Part shown: one piece after another, positions 8,124 through 15,814 of the stretch
Layout: each line of letters begins with the position of its first letter
Position numbering within the stretch: position 1 is the first letter of the stretch
NCBI GenBank assembly: GCA_963704755.1
Contig: OY969938.1
Span: forward strand, 4,170,001-4,202,000
Source: an uncultured Chloroflexia bacterium
GTDB lineage: Bacteria; Chloroflexota; Anaerolineae; Anaerolineales; Anaerolineaceae
Reading direction: 5' to 3'
DNA: 32,000 nucleotides
Made by a program: the position numbers and the translations under genes
The notes under the pieces: generated by a model
The model's database searches: none
Seen by the model: the letters and a program-made list of their open reading frames with translations, nothing else
Told to the model about the DNA's origin: nothing

Positions 8124-8879
8124 TTATTTCAGCCAGGCCAGGTAGGCCAGCCCACCCAGTCCGAGCGAATCGTGGATGACGTGCGAAACGATGCTCCAGC
8201 GGATGGAACCGGCCTTTCGGGCGTAATAAGCATAGAGCAGGCCCAGGATGATGGCATAGATCACGAAGGTGGTCATTCCGCCAGCCATAGAGCTGGCCAA
8301 TACCGACTGTGGGCAGACGTGCCAAAGGCCAAAGGTCAGCGAGGGGTAAATGGTGTTCCACCAGGAGTTATTGGGAAACAGCGCAATAAACACACCCCGC
8401 CAGAGGATTTCCTCCGTGATACCGATCACGATCCCCAAAGCCAGTGAGGCCAGCAGAATGGGCAGGTTAATTTCTCCCACCCGGCGCACGAACACAAAGA
8501 ATAGCGGGAAAAGAATAGGCGTCCACAGGCACAGGTGTGATTTCCAATCCAGGTCGCGAAAATCCTGGCGATCCTGCATCAAGCGGGCGATTTTTTGGAA
8601 GCCTCCCAGGGCCCAGGCCGGGAAAAGTATGCACCAGACCAGCCAATACACCCCAAAAGCTAGTAAATACCCACCCGGGTATCCAAACTGGCGGTTGGCA
8701 ACCTGAAAAACGGTATACATCGACACGATCAGTACGAAGGGAGCGAGCAGGGTGACGGCTTGTTTAAAGGTCAATGGTTTCTGCATAGATACTCTGGATA
8801 GTCTTGCGCTGCTTTTCCCTCGCGGGCTGCTTTCGGGATCGGTCCGGACTTGTTGAAATTTTGTTGAAGGGATGTTCAC
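8124..8879 (-). CDS. CPBP-family intramembrane glutamic endopeptidase (CAAX protease / Abi family)
   Basis: Diagnostic motifs are EEILWRG, FGLWH and HVIHD in a polytopic membrane protein. The start is ambiguous: the internal Met at 8786 gives MQKPLTFKQ.... Confidence 0.85.
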   Translation of the reverse strand: MNIPSTKFQQVRTDPESSPRGKSSARLSRVSMQKPLTFKQAVTLLAPFVLIVSMYTVFQVANRQFGYPGGYLLAFGVYWLVWCILFPAWALGGFQKIARLMQDRQDFRDLDWKSHLCLWTPILFPLFFVFVRRVGEINLPILLASLALGIVIGITEEILWRGVFIALFPNNSWWNTIYPSLTFGLWHVCPQSVLASSMAGGMTTFVIYAIILGLLYAYYARKAGSIRWSIVSHVIHDSLGLGGLAYLAWLK

Positions 8880-8941
8880 TGTCGTACTTCCGTAATTGAA
8901 TTTTTGTCAAGCCCGTCCAGGCCGGCCGCAGGTGGATGTGC

Positions 8942-9328
8942 CTATTGGGCAACTGCGGAACCGTGCAGGCGCGCGATTTGGGGCAGCAGCAGAACGCACG
9001 GGACCAGGTGGATTTCCTTGACGCTTTCCAGGATTTGAGCCGTGCGGGACCGGATTACCTGGCTGGCCAGGGAGAAGATGCCGTGGGAAACTTTCCCATC
9101 GACGATCAGGTCACTGCTAAACGTGTGGATCTTTCCGTTGACCTGCGCGCCTTCTTCCAAAGTCACGTGGGCAAATAATGAAACCAGATCTCCCTGGATG
9201 ATCCTGCCGGATGGAACCGTATATTCCCCACCGATGATGAAAACGGCCCGGCTTCCGGCAATAAAGATACCAAAGACCAGTAATGCGAGGACGGTCGCGA
9301 AAGTGAGTACAGCCAACAGGAATTTCAT
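8942..9328 (-). CDS. Small membrane-anchored protein, possibly bactofilin-like beta-helix repeats (function unknown)
   Basis: 128 aa. It has an N-terminal TM helix, then G/V/I-periodic segments (IIQGDLVSLFAHVTLEEGAQVNGKIHTFSSDLIVDGKVSHGI). It overlaps the upstream receiver gene by 4 nt, which suggests translational coupling. Confidence 0.55.
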   Translation of the reverse strand: MKFLLAVLTFATVLALLVFGIFIAGSRAVFIIGGEYTVPSGRIIQGDLVSLFAHVTLEEGAQVNGKIHTFSSDLIVDGKVSHGIFSLASQVIRSRTAQILESVKEIHLVPCVLLLPQIARLHGSAVAQ

Positions 9329-9696
9329 TCTTTCTCCCTTTTTTCACATAAGCACTTGAAGGCTTTAATAATTTCCAGGGGGGCATCGCCTTTATCGATG
9401 TACGCATCGGCTTTTTCATCCAGGGCGGCCAGTTTTGCATCCGGGTTGGCGCTGGTGACAATGACCAGCATCCCTGGGACGCAAGCCCTTAGGGCTTTGA
9501 TCCGCTCGTGAGCCGGCAGGCCGGGAAGTTCCCAATCCAACACGATACAATCGGGTTGGGTGGTTTCTGCCAGTGCCAGGGCCTGCTCCATGTCATATAC
9601 TTCGTCGATCTGCGGCGTTGCAAAACGCGTTTCCAGCATCAATCGTAAAGCCGAGTGAAGAGCACAGTTGTCGTCTGCCAGTAATATCCTGTTCAT
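9325..9696 (-). CDS. Single-domain response regulator (CheY-like receiver)
   Basis: 123 aa with ILLADDN, DCIVLDWELPG (phospho-acceptor Asp), VIVTS and DAYIDKG (Lys). Confidence 0.85.
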   Translation of the reverse strand: MNRILLADDNCALHSALRLMLETRFATPQIDEVYDMEQALALAETTQPDCIVLDWELPGLPAHERIKALRACVPGMLVIVTSANPDAKLAALDEKADAYIDKGDAPLEIIKAFKCLCEKREKE

Positions 9697-9787
9697 ACCA
9701 TTACCTTAAAGCAGTTTAAGGCAAATTGGCTCGCACAGCCTCGGCCCGCGGGCGAGTCTGACCCTGGTCAAGTGGATAGGAATTTTT

Positions 9788-9818
9788 GTTTTACACGCGG
9801 CATCCCTGCGTGTAAAAC
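9788..9818 (-). terminator. Hairpin (11-bp stem GTTTTACACGC/GCGTGTAAAAC) downstream of the LuxR regulator gene
   Basis: Inverted repeat read directly, in the spacer after the stop of the minus-strand kinase/regulator operon. Confidence 0.45.
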
Positions 9819-9831
9819 CGGATTTAAAAAA

Positions 9832-9872
9832 ACAAAGTGATTGTGCGGGCTTAGCCCGCGCAATCACTTTGT
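9832..9872 (-). terminator. Long hairpin (19-bp stem, one G-T pair, loop TTA) 25 nt downstream of the LuxR regulator stop
   Basis: ACAAAGTGATTGTGCGGGC-TTA-GCCCGCGCAATCACTTTGT was read directly. It is flanked by A-run/T-run context. Confidence 0.55.
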
Positions 9873-9896
9873 TCTCGGCAATTTTTGGGGGATGGG

Positions 9897-10532
9897 TTAG
9901 ACCAATTTTTTTTGCAAAGCCAAAGTGACGGCGGCCACGCGGTTATCGACGCCCAGCTTGGAGAGGATGTTACTGATATGGTATTTGACCGTGGACAGGC
10001 TGACGAACAGCCGGTCGGCGATCTCGGCGTTGTTCAAGCCATCCACCAAAAGCTTGAGCACTTCCTGTTCGCGATCGGTCAAATGGTCGAATTCGGCCGG
10101 CCTGGTGGCGGCCTGGACCAGGGCCTGGGCAGCTTCGGGGGAGAGGGTCATCTTGCCGACAAAAGCCGAGCGAATTGCCCCGGCCAGTTCGCGGGCTGAG
10201 ATATTTTTCATCAGGTACCCACAGGCTCCGGCCTGCAGCGCCCCCTGGACCAGGCCATCTTCCTGGAAGCTGGTCAGGGCCAGCACCCTGACCGCGGGAT
10301 ATTTCTCGTGGATGAGGCGGGTGGCGGTCACGCCGTCCATTTCGGGCATCATCAGGTCCATCAGGATAACGTCTGGTTTGAGCAGTCCGCAGCGCACCAG
10401 GGCTTCTTCTCCGTTTTCGGCTTCACCGATCAGCTCCAGCCCAGGCATTACACTGAGGAAAGCGCTCAAGCCGCTGCGAACGACAGCGTGGTCATCAACG
10501 ATCATCACGCGAATTCTAGTGGGTTCATCCAT
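9897..10532 (-). CDS. NarL/FixJ-family response regulator (REC + LuxR HTH)
   Basis: 211 aa with VMIVDDH, DVILMDLMMPEMDG, LTDREQEVLKLLVDGLNNAEIADRLFVSLSTVKYHISNILSKL. Confidence 0.9.
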   Translation of the reverse strand: MDEPTRIRVMIVDDHAVVRSGLSAFLSVMPGLELIGEAENGEEALVRCGLLKPDVILMDLMMPEMDGVTATRLIHEKYPAVRVLALTSFQEDGLVQGALQAGACGYLMKNISARELAGAIRSAFVGKMTLSPEAAQALVQAATRPAEFDHLTDREQEVLKLLVDGLNNAEIADRLFVSLSTVKYHISNILSKLGVDNRVAAVTLALQKKLV

Positions 10533-10534
10533 CC

Positions 10535-11194
10535 TTAATTCTCCCTTACAGCTATCGTATCTTGCCAGAAGATCGTAATTTGCGCGCCTTTTCCCGGCCG
10601 GCTGTCAATTTCCAGCCTGGCCTGGATCGCTTCGGCCCGTTCGCGCATGATCTGTAGGCCCAGGTGGTCGGGCGGGACCAGGGCCGGGTCGAACCCGCGG
10701 CCGTTGTCGCGGATCGATAGCCTGACACCATCCCCATAAGCAATTTCGACGACGACCTGGTTGGCCTTGGCATGTTTGACCACGTTATTGAGGGCTTCCT
10801 GGGCAATGCGGTACAGGCTGACCTGTACGTTGGGGGGCAGCTTGGCCTGTCCCTGGACGCAAAACTGGATCGGCAGGCGCGCCCGACCAATCTGCGATTC
10901 GCACAACTGGCGCAGGAGATCACTTAAGGGTATCTCGACCAGGGCGTTCGGGCGCAGCTCCACCAGCAAGGTACGCATTTCAGCCAGGGCGCCGCGGGTC
11001 AACTGGCGCAGTTCTTCCAGCCGCTTGAGCCCCTCGGACTGGTTCATTTCCCATATGTCTGGCAGGACTTCGGCGATCAGACTGGCGGAAAAGAGCGTCT
11101 GGGTGACTGCGTCGTGCAGGTCGCGGGCCAGACGCGTGCGTTCGGCCAGGACGGCCTCTCCGGCCGCTTTTTCGGCCAGGGCCTGCTCGAACTC
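10535..11194 (-). CDS. Histidine-kinase core (HisKA_3 H-box + HATPase_c), the C-terminal part of the propeller sensor kinase, separated from it by a frameshift
   Basis: The track ORF 10535-11047 starts at an internal Met. The same frame read upstream gives EFEQALAEKAAGEAVLAERTRLARDLHDAVTQTLFSASL, which contains the H-box (His codon at 11114-11116). No ATG/GTG/TTG precedes it, so it cannot be an independent gene. Downstream motifs are EALNNVVKHA, DNGRGFD and GLQIMRERA. Confidence 0.85.
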   Translation of the reverse strand, partial: EFEQALAEKAAGEAVLAERTRLARDLHDAVTQTLFSASLIAEVLPDIWEMNQSEGLKRLEELRQLTRGALAEMRTLLVELRPNALVEIPLSDLLRQLCESQIGRARLPIQFCVQGQAKLPPNVQVSLYRIAQEALNNVVKHAKANQVVVEIAYGDGVRLSIRDNGRGFDPALVPPDHLGLQIMRERAEAIQARLEIDSRPGKGAQITIFWQDTIAVREN

Positions 11195-13856
11195 GTTTGC
11201 GCTGTTCGATCTCCTGGTTGAGCGCCAGGGTGCGTTCCTTGACCCGCTGCTCTAACTCCAGACGTTTATTTTGCACATCGTTGATGCGCCATTCGATACC
11301 GCCGATCAACAGCGCGGCCAGTGCGGCCAGGCAGGTCAACTGGAACCATAACATTTGCCAGATAGGCGGGGTCACGCTGATGGGGATAGAGATACCGGTC
11401 TCATCCCAGACCCCATCGCTGTTCGCGGCTTTGACTTTGAAGACATAGTTGCCGCCCGGCAGGTTGGTGTAATTGGCGTAATGGCGGTTGCCGGCCTGGA
11501 TCCAGCCCCGGTCGAAACCTTCCAGGGTGTACTCGTACTGGTTTTTCTGCGGCGCATGGTAATCCAGGGCGGCGAATTCGAACGAAATGAAGTTTTGCTT
11601 GTAAGAGAGATCGACCGGCTTTGTACCGGTCGTATCGATCGGGTAGGGTTGGTTGAAGACGGTGAAATTGGTGACGACGACCGGCGGGGGCACCGGGTTG
11701 GAGACGATTTCCAGCGGGTTGAACACCGACATGCCGTTGATGCCGCCAAAATAGAGGGTGCCATTGTGGGCTTTCATATAGGCATTCGAGCTGAACTCGT
11801 TGCTTTGCAGACCGTCGCTGCTGTAATAGTTTGTGAAGGTGCCTTTCAATGTGTCATATTTGGACAGGCCGTTGTTGGTCGTGATCCACAGATTGGCCAT
11901 GTCGTCTTCCAGAATGCCCAGGACAGTCGCGTTGGGCAGCCCGTCTTTTTCCAGGAAATGCTGGAAACCGCCCGTCTGCGGATCGAAGCGGTTCAGGCCG
12001 CCTTCGGTGCCCACCCAGGTGGTGCCTTCGCTGGCATTCAGGATCGGCCAGACCAAGTCCTGGCTGAGGCTGTTGGGGTCATTCGGGTCGTGGCGATAAA
12101 TCTGGAAAGAAGCTTTAGCCGGATCGAAATTGTCGGTGTCGTTCAGGTCCAGGCGGTTCAAGCCGCCGCCCCAGGTGCCAATCCAGAGGACATTATGCGT
12201 ATCCAAGGACAGGCCAACGACCTGGTTGTAGGAAAGCAAATCGGCTTTGGCCGGGTCATTGCGATAATGGATGAACACCCCCGTTTTGGGGTTGAACCGG
12301 TCCAGCCCATCGAACGTGCCCAACCAGAGCTGGCCGGAACGGTCCTGCAAGATAGGGGTGATGTTGTCGTTGATCAGGCTGTTGGGGTTATTTGGGTCGT
12401 GGGGATAATGGGTGAACTGGCCAGTGGAGGGGTCGTAGCGGTCCAACCCGGAACCCATCGTACCGATCCAGAGGGTCCCTTGCAGGTCGGTCAGCAGGCC
12501 TAAGACCAGGTTGTTGGCCAGGCTGTTGGGGTTGTCCGGGTCATGCATAAAGCGCTCGAAGCGGCCGGTGGCGGGGTGAAAAAGATCCAACCCGCTGCCC
12601 CAGGTGCCGACCCAAATGTCACCATTAGGAGCTTCGGCGAAGGCGCCGATGGTGCTGCCACTCAGGCTGCTGGGGTTGTTGGGGTCGTTGCGGTACAGGC
12701 GGAAACGGGAACTTGCCAGGGAGAGCTTATTGATGCCGTTGTTGGCGCTGCCGGCCCACAAGATGCCGGAGCGGTCCAGGCACAGCGACCAGATGGTGTT
12801 GGGGCTGATGCTTTCCGGGACCAGCGGGTTATTCTTGAAATGATGGAACACACCCGGCTGGGATAACTGCATCACGTCCAGACCGTCCTGCCAGGTACCA
12901 ACCCACAGCAGGCCGGAATCCGCATCGCCGATCATCGAGATCAGGTTATCCGATGCCAGGCTGGAGGAGATATCGGGATTGTTGGTGTAATGGACGATCT
13001 TTCCGCTGGCCGGGTCGAGGTGGTCCAGGCCACTCCCTTCCAGGCTGTAACCGCCGGTGGCAATCCAGAGAGTACCGTCTGCGGCGGGATAAATGCCGGA
13101 TATGTTGTCGCTGGCCAGGCTGGCCGGGTCATCCGGGTTGTGGGTGAAGCGTGTGAAGGTTTGGGCAGCCGGATCGAAGCGGTTGAGGCCGTTTCCTTCC
13201 AGGCCGAAGGCGCCCGTGCCAACCCACAGGTTGCCTTGCGGATCTTCGGCAAGTTTGGAAATAACATCGCTGCTCAGGCTGTGGGGATCCTTTGCGTCGC
13301 TGCGATAATGGATGAATCCGCCGGTAGAAGGGTTGAACAAATCCAGGCCGCCCGAGGTCCCAACCCACATCCGGCCGTGCGAATCCCACAGGAGCGATGA
13401 AACGATACCCGAAGATAAGCTGGCAGGGTTCGCTGGGTCCGGAACGTAGCGGGTGAAATTGTCGCTGGCCGGGTCGAGGATACTTATCCCGCCGCCCCAG
13501 GTGCCCACCCACAAGCGACCCTGGCCGTCTTCCTGCAGCGAGAGGACGCTGTTGTAGCCGATAGATTCAGGGTCGTCCGGGTTGTTTTTGTAAACCTTGA
13601 AGTTGTAACCGTCGTAGCGATTAAGGCCGTCCTGGGTACCGAACCAGATGAAACCCTGCTGATCCTGATAGATGACCAGTCCGGCGTTCTGGGACAGGCC
13701 ATCGTCGCTGGTGAGGTGCTCGAAATGGTTCAGGCTGCCCGGGTAATAGGTGAACGTTGTATCGTCGCCGGCGGCATGGGCTAACGAAGTGCCTGGGCAA
13801 GCAAAAATAATCAGGGCAATACATGCGCAGAAAAGAATGCCTTTTAATCGGGTCAT
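10980..13856 (-). CDS. Periplasmic two-component-regulator propeller / Y_Y_Y sensor domain plus TM helix, the N-terminal part of a sensor histidine kinase
   Basis: It has a signal peptide, then more than 14 repeats of the ...NxVxxLxxDxxGxLWIGTxxGLNRFDPxTGxFxHY... blade motif. These are followed by a Y_Y_Y-like segment (YEYTLEGFDRGW...YVFKVKAANSDGVW), one TM helix and a coiled coil. After ...LNQEIEQRK the frame becomes Arg/Pro/Gly-rich nonsense. Confidence 0.85.
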   Translation of the reverse strand: MTRLKGILFCACIALIIFACPGTSLAHAAGDDTTFTYYPGSLNHFEHLTSDDGLSQNAGLVIYQDQQGFIWFGTQDGLNRYDGYNFKVYKNNPDDPESIGYNSVLSLQEDGQGRLWVGTWGGGISILDPASDNFTRYVPDPANPASLSSGIVSSLLWDSHGRMWVGTSGGLDLFNPSTGGFIHYRSDAKDPHSLSSDVISKLAEDPQGNLWVGTGAFGLEGNGLNRFDPAAQTFTRFTHNPDDPASLASDNISGIYPAADGTLWIATGGYSLEGSGLDHLDPASGKIVHYTNNPDISSSLASDNLISMIGDADSGLLWVGTWQDGLDVMQLSQPGVFHHFKNNPLVPESISPNTIWSLCLDRSGILWAGSANNGINKLSLASSRFRLYRNDPNNPSSLSGSTIGAFAEAPNGDIWVGTWGSGLDLFHPATGRFERFMHDPDNPNSLANNLVLGLLTDLQGTLWIGTMGSGLDRYDPSTGQFTHYPHDPNNPNSLINDNITPILQDRSGQLWLGTFDGLDRFNPKTGVFIHYRNDPAKADLLSYNQVVGLSLDTHNVLWIGTWGGGLNRLDLNDTDNFDPAKASFQIYRHDPNDPNSLSQDLVWPILNASEGTTWVGTEGGLNRFDPQTGGFQHFLEKDGLPNATVLGILEDDMANLWITTNNGLSKYDTLKGTFTNYYSSDGLQSNEFSSNAYMKAHNGTLYFGGINGMSVFNPLEIVSNPVPPPVVVTNFTVFNQPYPIDTTGTKPVDLSYKQNFISFEFAALDYHAPQKNQYEYTLEGFDRGWIQAGNRHYANYTNLPGGNYVFKVKAANSDGVWDETGISIPISVTPPIWQMLWFQLTCLAALAALLIGGIEWRINDVQNKRLELEQRVKERTLALNQEIEQRKRVRAGPGRKSGRRGRPGRTHASGPRPARRSHPDALFRQSDRRSPARHMGNEPVRGAQAAGRTAPVDPRRPG

Positions 13857-14033
13857 ATAAACTTTTGTTACAGAGGAATTTTGGAGAGGTCCCAGCTTGA
13901 GCCGATCATATTAAACGGTAATTTGCTCCCGGTGCTCATCCGTTCATTTGAAGGGAAACTGAATGACTCCCATCCCATATTATAGCGAATTGGCTAGAAT
14001 TAAGTTAACATTAATAAGGCATCTCGCGAATTA

Positions 14034-14075
14034 AAAACAAAGCGGACCACGATACTGCGGTCCGCTTTGTTTTTG
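14034..14075 (-). terminator. Rho-independent-type terminator after the Rrf2 gene
   Basis: AAAAACAAAGCGGAC...GTCCGCTTTGTTTTT is a 15-bp stem with A/T runs on both sides. It lies 21 nt from the Rrf2 stop. Confidence 0.65.
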
Positions 14076-14095
14076 TAAAGTCGTTTTATAGCCGA

Positions 14096-14566
14096 TTAAT
14101 CAGCGGGGACGACAGCGTTGGAAAATTGGCCGGCAATCTTGCTGACTTTGATCATATTGGCATTGTGATCGGCCAGGGTTTTCAGGGTTGTCGAAGCCAT
14201 GTGCTCGACAATTTTGGTCTGCAGATCGTCCCACATGAATTGGGACGAGCAGGTATCCTGGCGTACACAATTATCGTTGCAATCCAGGCAAGGCGTAACG
14301 CAGATTGGCCCTTCGAGGACTTCGGCAACTTTGAGTACGGTGACCTGTTCGGGAGAATGGTTAAGGCGTAAACCTCCGCGCGGGCCGGGGGAGGCCTTGA
14401 TCAGGCCAGATTGCATCAAGGTGTGTGCAATTTGATGCAGGAAAGGCAGTGGGATTTGTAGCTGTTCTGATAATTGCGCGCTGGGGATAGGCAGATCGTT
14501 ATTAGGTACCGACAAAGCGATCATTAACTGCAAACCATAATCCAGCCTGCGGCTTATTCGAAACAT
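14096..14566 (-). CDS. Rrf2-family transcriptional regulator (IscR/NsrR-like) with a Cys-rich putative cluster-binding segment
   Basis: 156 aa. Motifs are MFRISRRLDYGLQLMIAL, a wHTH with PFLHQIAHTLMQSGLIKASPGPRGGLRL, and the Cys segment CVTPCLDCNDNCVRQDTC. Confidence 0.9.
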   Translation of the reverse strand: MFRISRRLDYGLQLMIALSVPNNDLPIPSAQLSEQLQIPLPFLHQIAHTLMQSGLIKASPGPRGGLRLNHSPEQVTVLKVAEVLEGPICVTPCLDCNDNCVRQDTCSSQFMWDDLQTKIVEHMASTTLKTLADHNANMIKVSKIAGQFSNAVVPAD

Positions 14567-15195
14567 GTGCTCACCTCTAACTAGAGAATTCTTGGTAACT
14601 GCCCAGGCGGTTGCCTGTACGGATATGATTTAAAAAGAAAATGGATACGCCTGAGAACGTACGCCCCCACGCACACCCATTCTTTTTATTCTCTTACCAG
14701 CCCAGGTTGAGCGGTTACTATTTTTATCAAGAATAACGGTTGGGTAACTTTTTAGTAAGTGACAAATATACCACTTCGGCATGTAGATATTCTTAATTAT
14801 GACAAAGTATATACACTTTCGACCTTGAGAGAGTTCATTAATTTACATTCTTGCTCTATATTGGCGATAAAGCCGGAATAATTGCATTTCAGGTCCGAAA
14901 ATCTATCCAACACCATGTTTTTCTTATCTTTACCTGGTAGGTGTCGCTGCGAGCGAATTTTACGGAGCGATCTCAATGCTTGCAGGTTATCGCGATGGCC
15001 GGCGCTGCCGAAAGCGCCATACCGCTAGAATAGCGTCGGCGGCAGTAGTGACTTTAACATGGCTTTTTATCTGACGGAGAACGGCTCTTTCCGTTTATAA
15101 TTTTGCCGATTGACAATATCGCAATTGCCGAGGGGAAGACCACGGCAATTTGTATCGGGTAGATTAGTATCTTACGAACACGCATAGGAGAGGAA

Positions 15196-15624
15196 ATGAA
15201 CAAACCGGTTAGTGTAATTCTGATTCTGCTCGTTTTTGGCGCGGTGTTTCTGGCAGCTTGCAGCGGCGGCGGAGCGACGGCCACATCCCTGCCGCCAGTC
15301 CCCAGCGAGTACCAGGGAAAAACCGATCCTTACACCGGGGATGCAACGGCGATTGCGGCCGGGAAAGATATTTTCGAGGCCAACTGCGTGACCTGTCACG
15401 GTGAAACCGGCGAAGGCAATGGCCCGGCAGCTTCGGCGCTGGACCCAAAGCCGGCGAATTTAAGCGCCGTGGTCAACTCGCTGGATGATGATTATATGTT
15501 CTGGCGGATTTCGGAAGGTGGGGGCATGGCGCCTTTCAATTCGGCGATGCCGGCCCAAAAAGGGAATTTGAGCGAAGACCAAATCTGGCAGGTGATTAGT
15601 TACGTCAAGACCCTGGCAAAGTAA
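15196..15624 (+). CDS. Class I c-type cytochrome, probable lipoprotein
   Basis: 142 aa. It has a signal peptide with lipobox LAAC, the heme-binding motif CVTCHG and a distal Met region (MPAQ). An AGGAGAGG RBS lies upstream. Confidence 0.85.
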   Translation: MNKPVSVILILLVFGAVFLAACSGGGATATSLPPVPSEYQGKTDPYTGDATAIAAGKDIFEANCVTCHGETGEGNGPAASALDPKPANLSAVVNSLDDDYMFWRISEGGGMAPFNSAMPAQKGNLSEDQIWQVISYVKTLAK

Positions 15625-15629
15625 ATATT

Positions 15630-15680
15630 GGGGCAATAAAAAAGGCGGCGTGCCAAACACGCCGTCTTTTTTATTGCCCC
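15630..15680 (+). terminator. Strong hairpin terminator after the cytochrome c gene (23-bp stem, one G-T pair)
   Basis: GGGGCAATAAAAAAGGCGGCGTG-CCAAA-CACGCCGTCTTTTTTATTGCCCC begins 6 nt after the stop codon. Confidence 0.7.
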
Positions 15681-15814
15681 GAGAAACGGAAGACCCATAA
15701 CCAGACGAACAGAAATTCAAGCGGTTTCGTGAGGCGCTCCCGCGAGGATGCGATTGCCCGGCCATTAAGTACTTCGAACGAGACGAGTGAAAAGAATCGG
15801 GGTAAAATCAATTC

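Noticed and set aside
6662-8879. Defence or abortive-infection reading of the ParB-like nuclease-domain protein plus the CPBP (Abi-family) protease.
   Set aside because: The two genes are separated by an SRPBCC gene and terminator-like hairpins. No partner genes (methylase, ATPase, toxin) are present, and CPBP proteases are common housekeeping membrane proteins. The evidence is insufficient.
11355-12503. Long ORFs antisense to, or out of frame with, recognised genes. Examples: 11355-12503 (+, 382 aa), 15671-16474 (-), 16613-17407 (-), 5050-5844 (-), 21241-22089 (-), 20754-21488 (+), 21585-22433 (+), 24692-25582 (-), 26123-26734 (-), 27909-28625 (-).
   Set aside because: Each fully overlaps a gene with clear family motifs on the other strand or in another frame. 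Their translations are low-complexity Arg/Gly/Pro/Ala-rich strings, typical of shadow ORFs in GC-rich DNA.
14595-14620. GTAACTGCCCAGGCGGTTGCCTGTAC, which resembles a MITE left terminus.
   Set aside because: Only the first ~13 nt resemble the left terminus. It has no convincing right terminus and no flanking duplication. It could be a fragment, but the sequence does not support that call.
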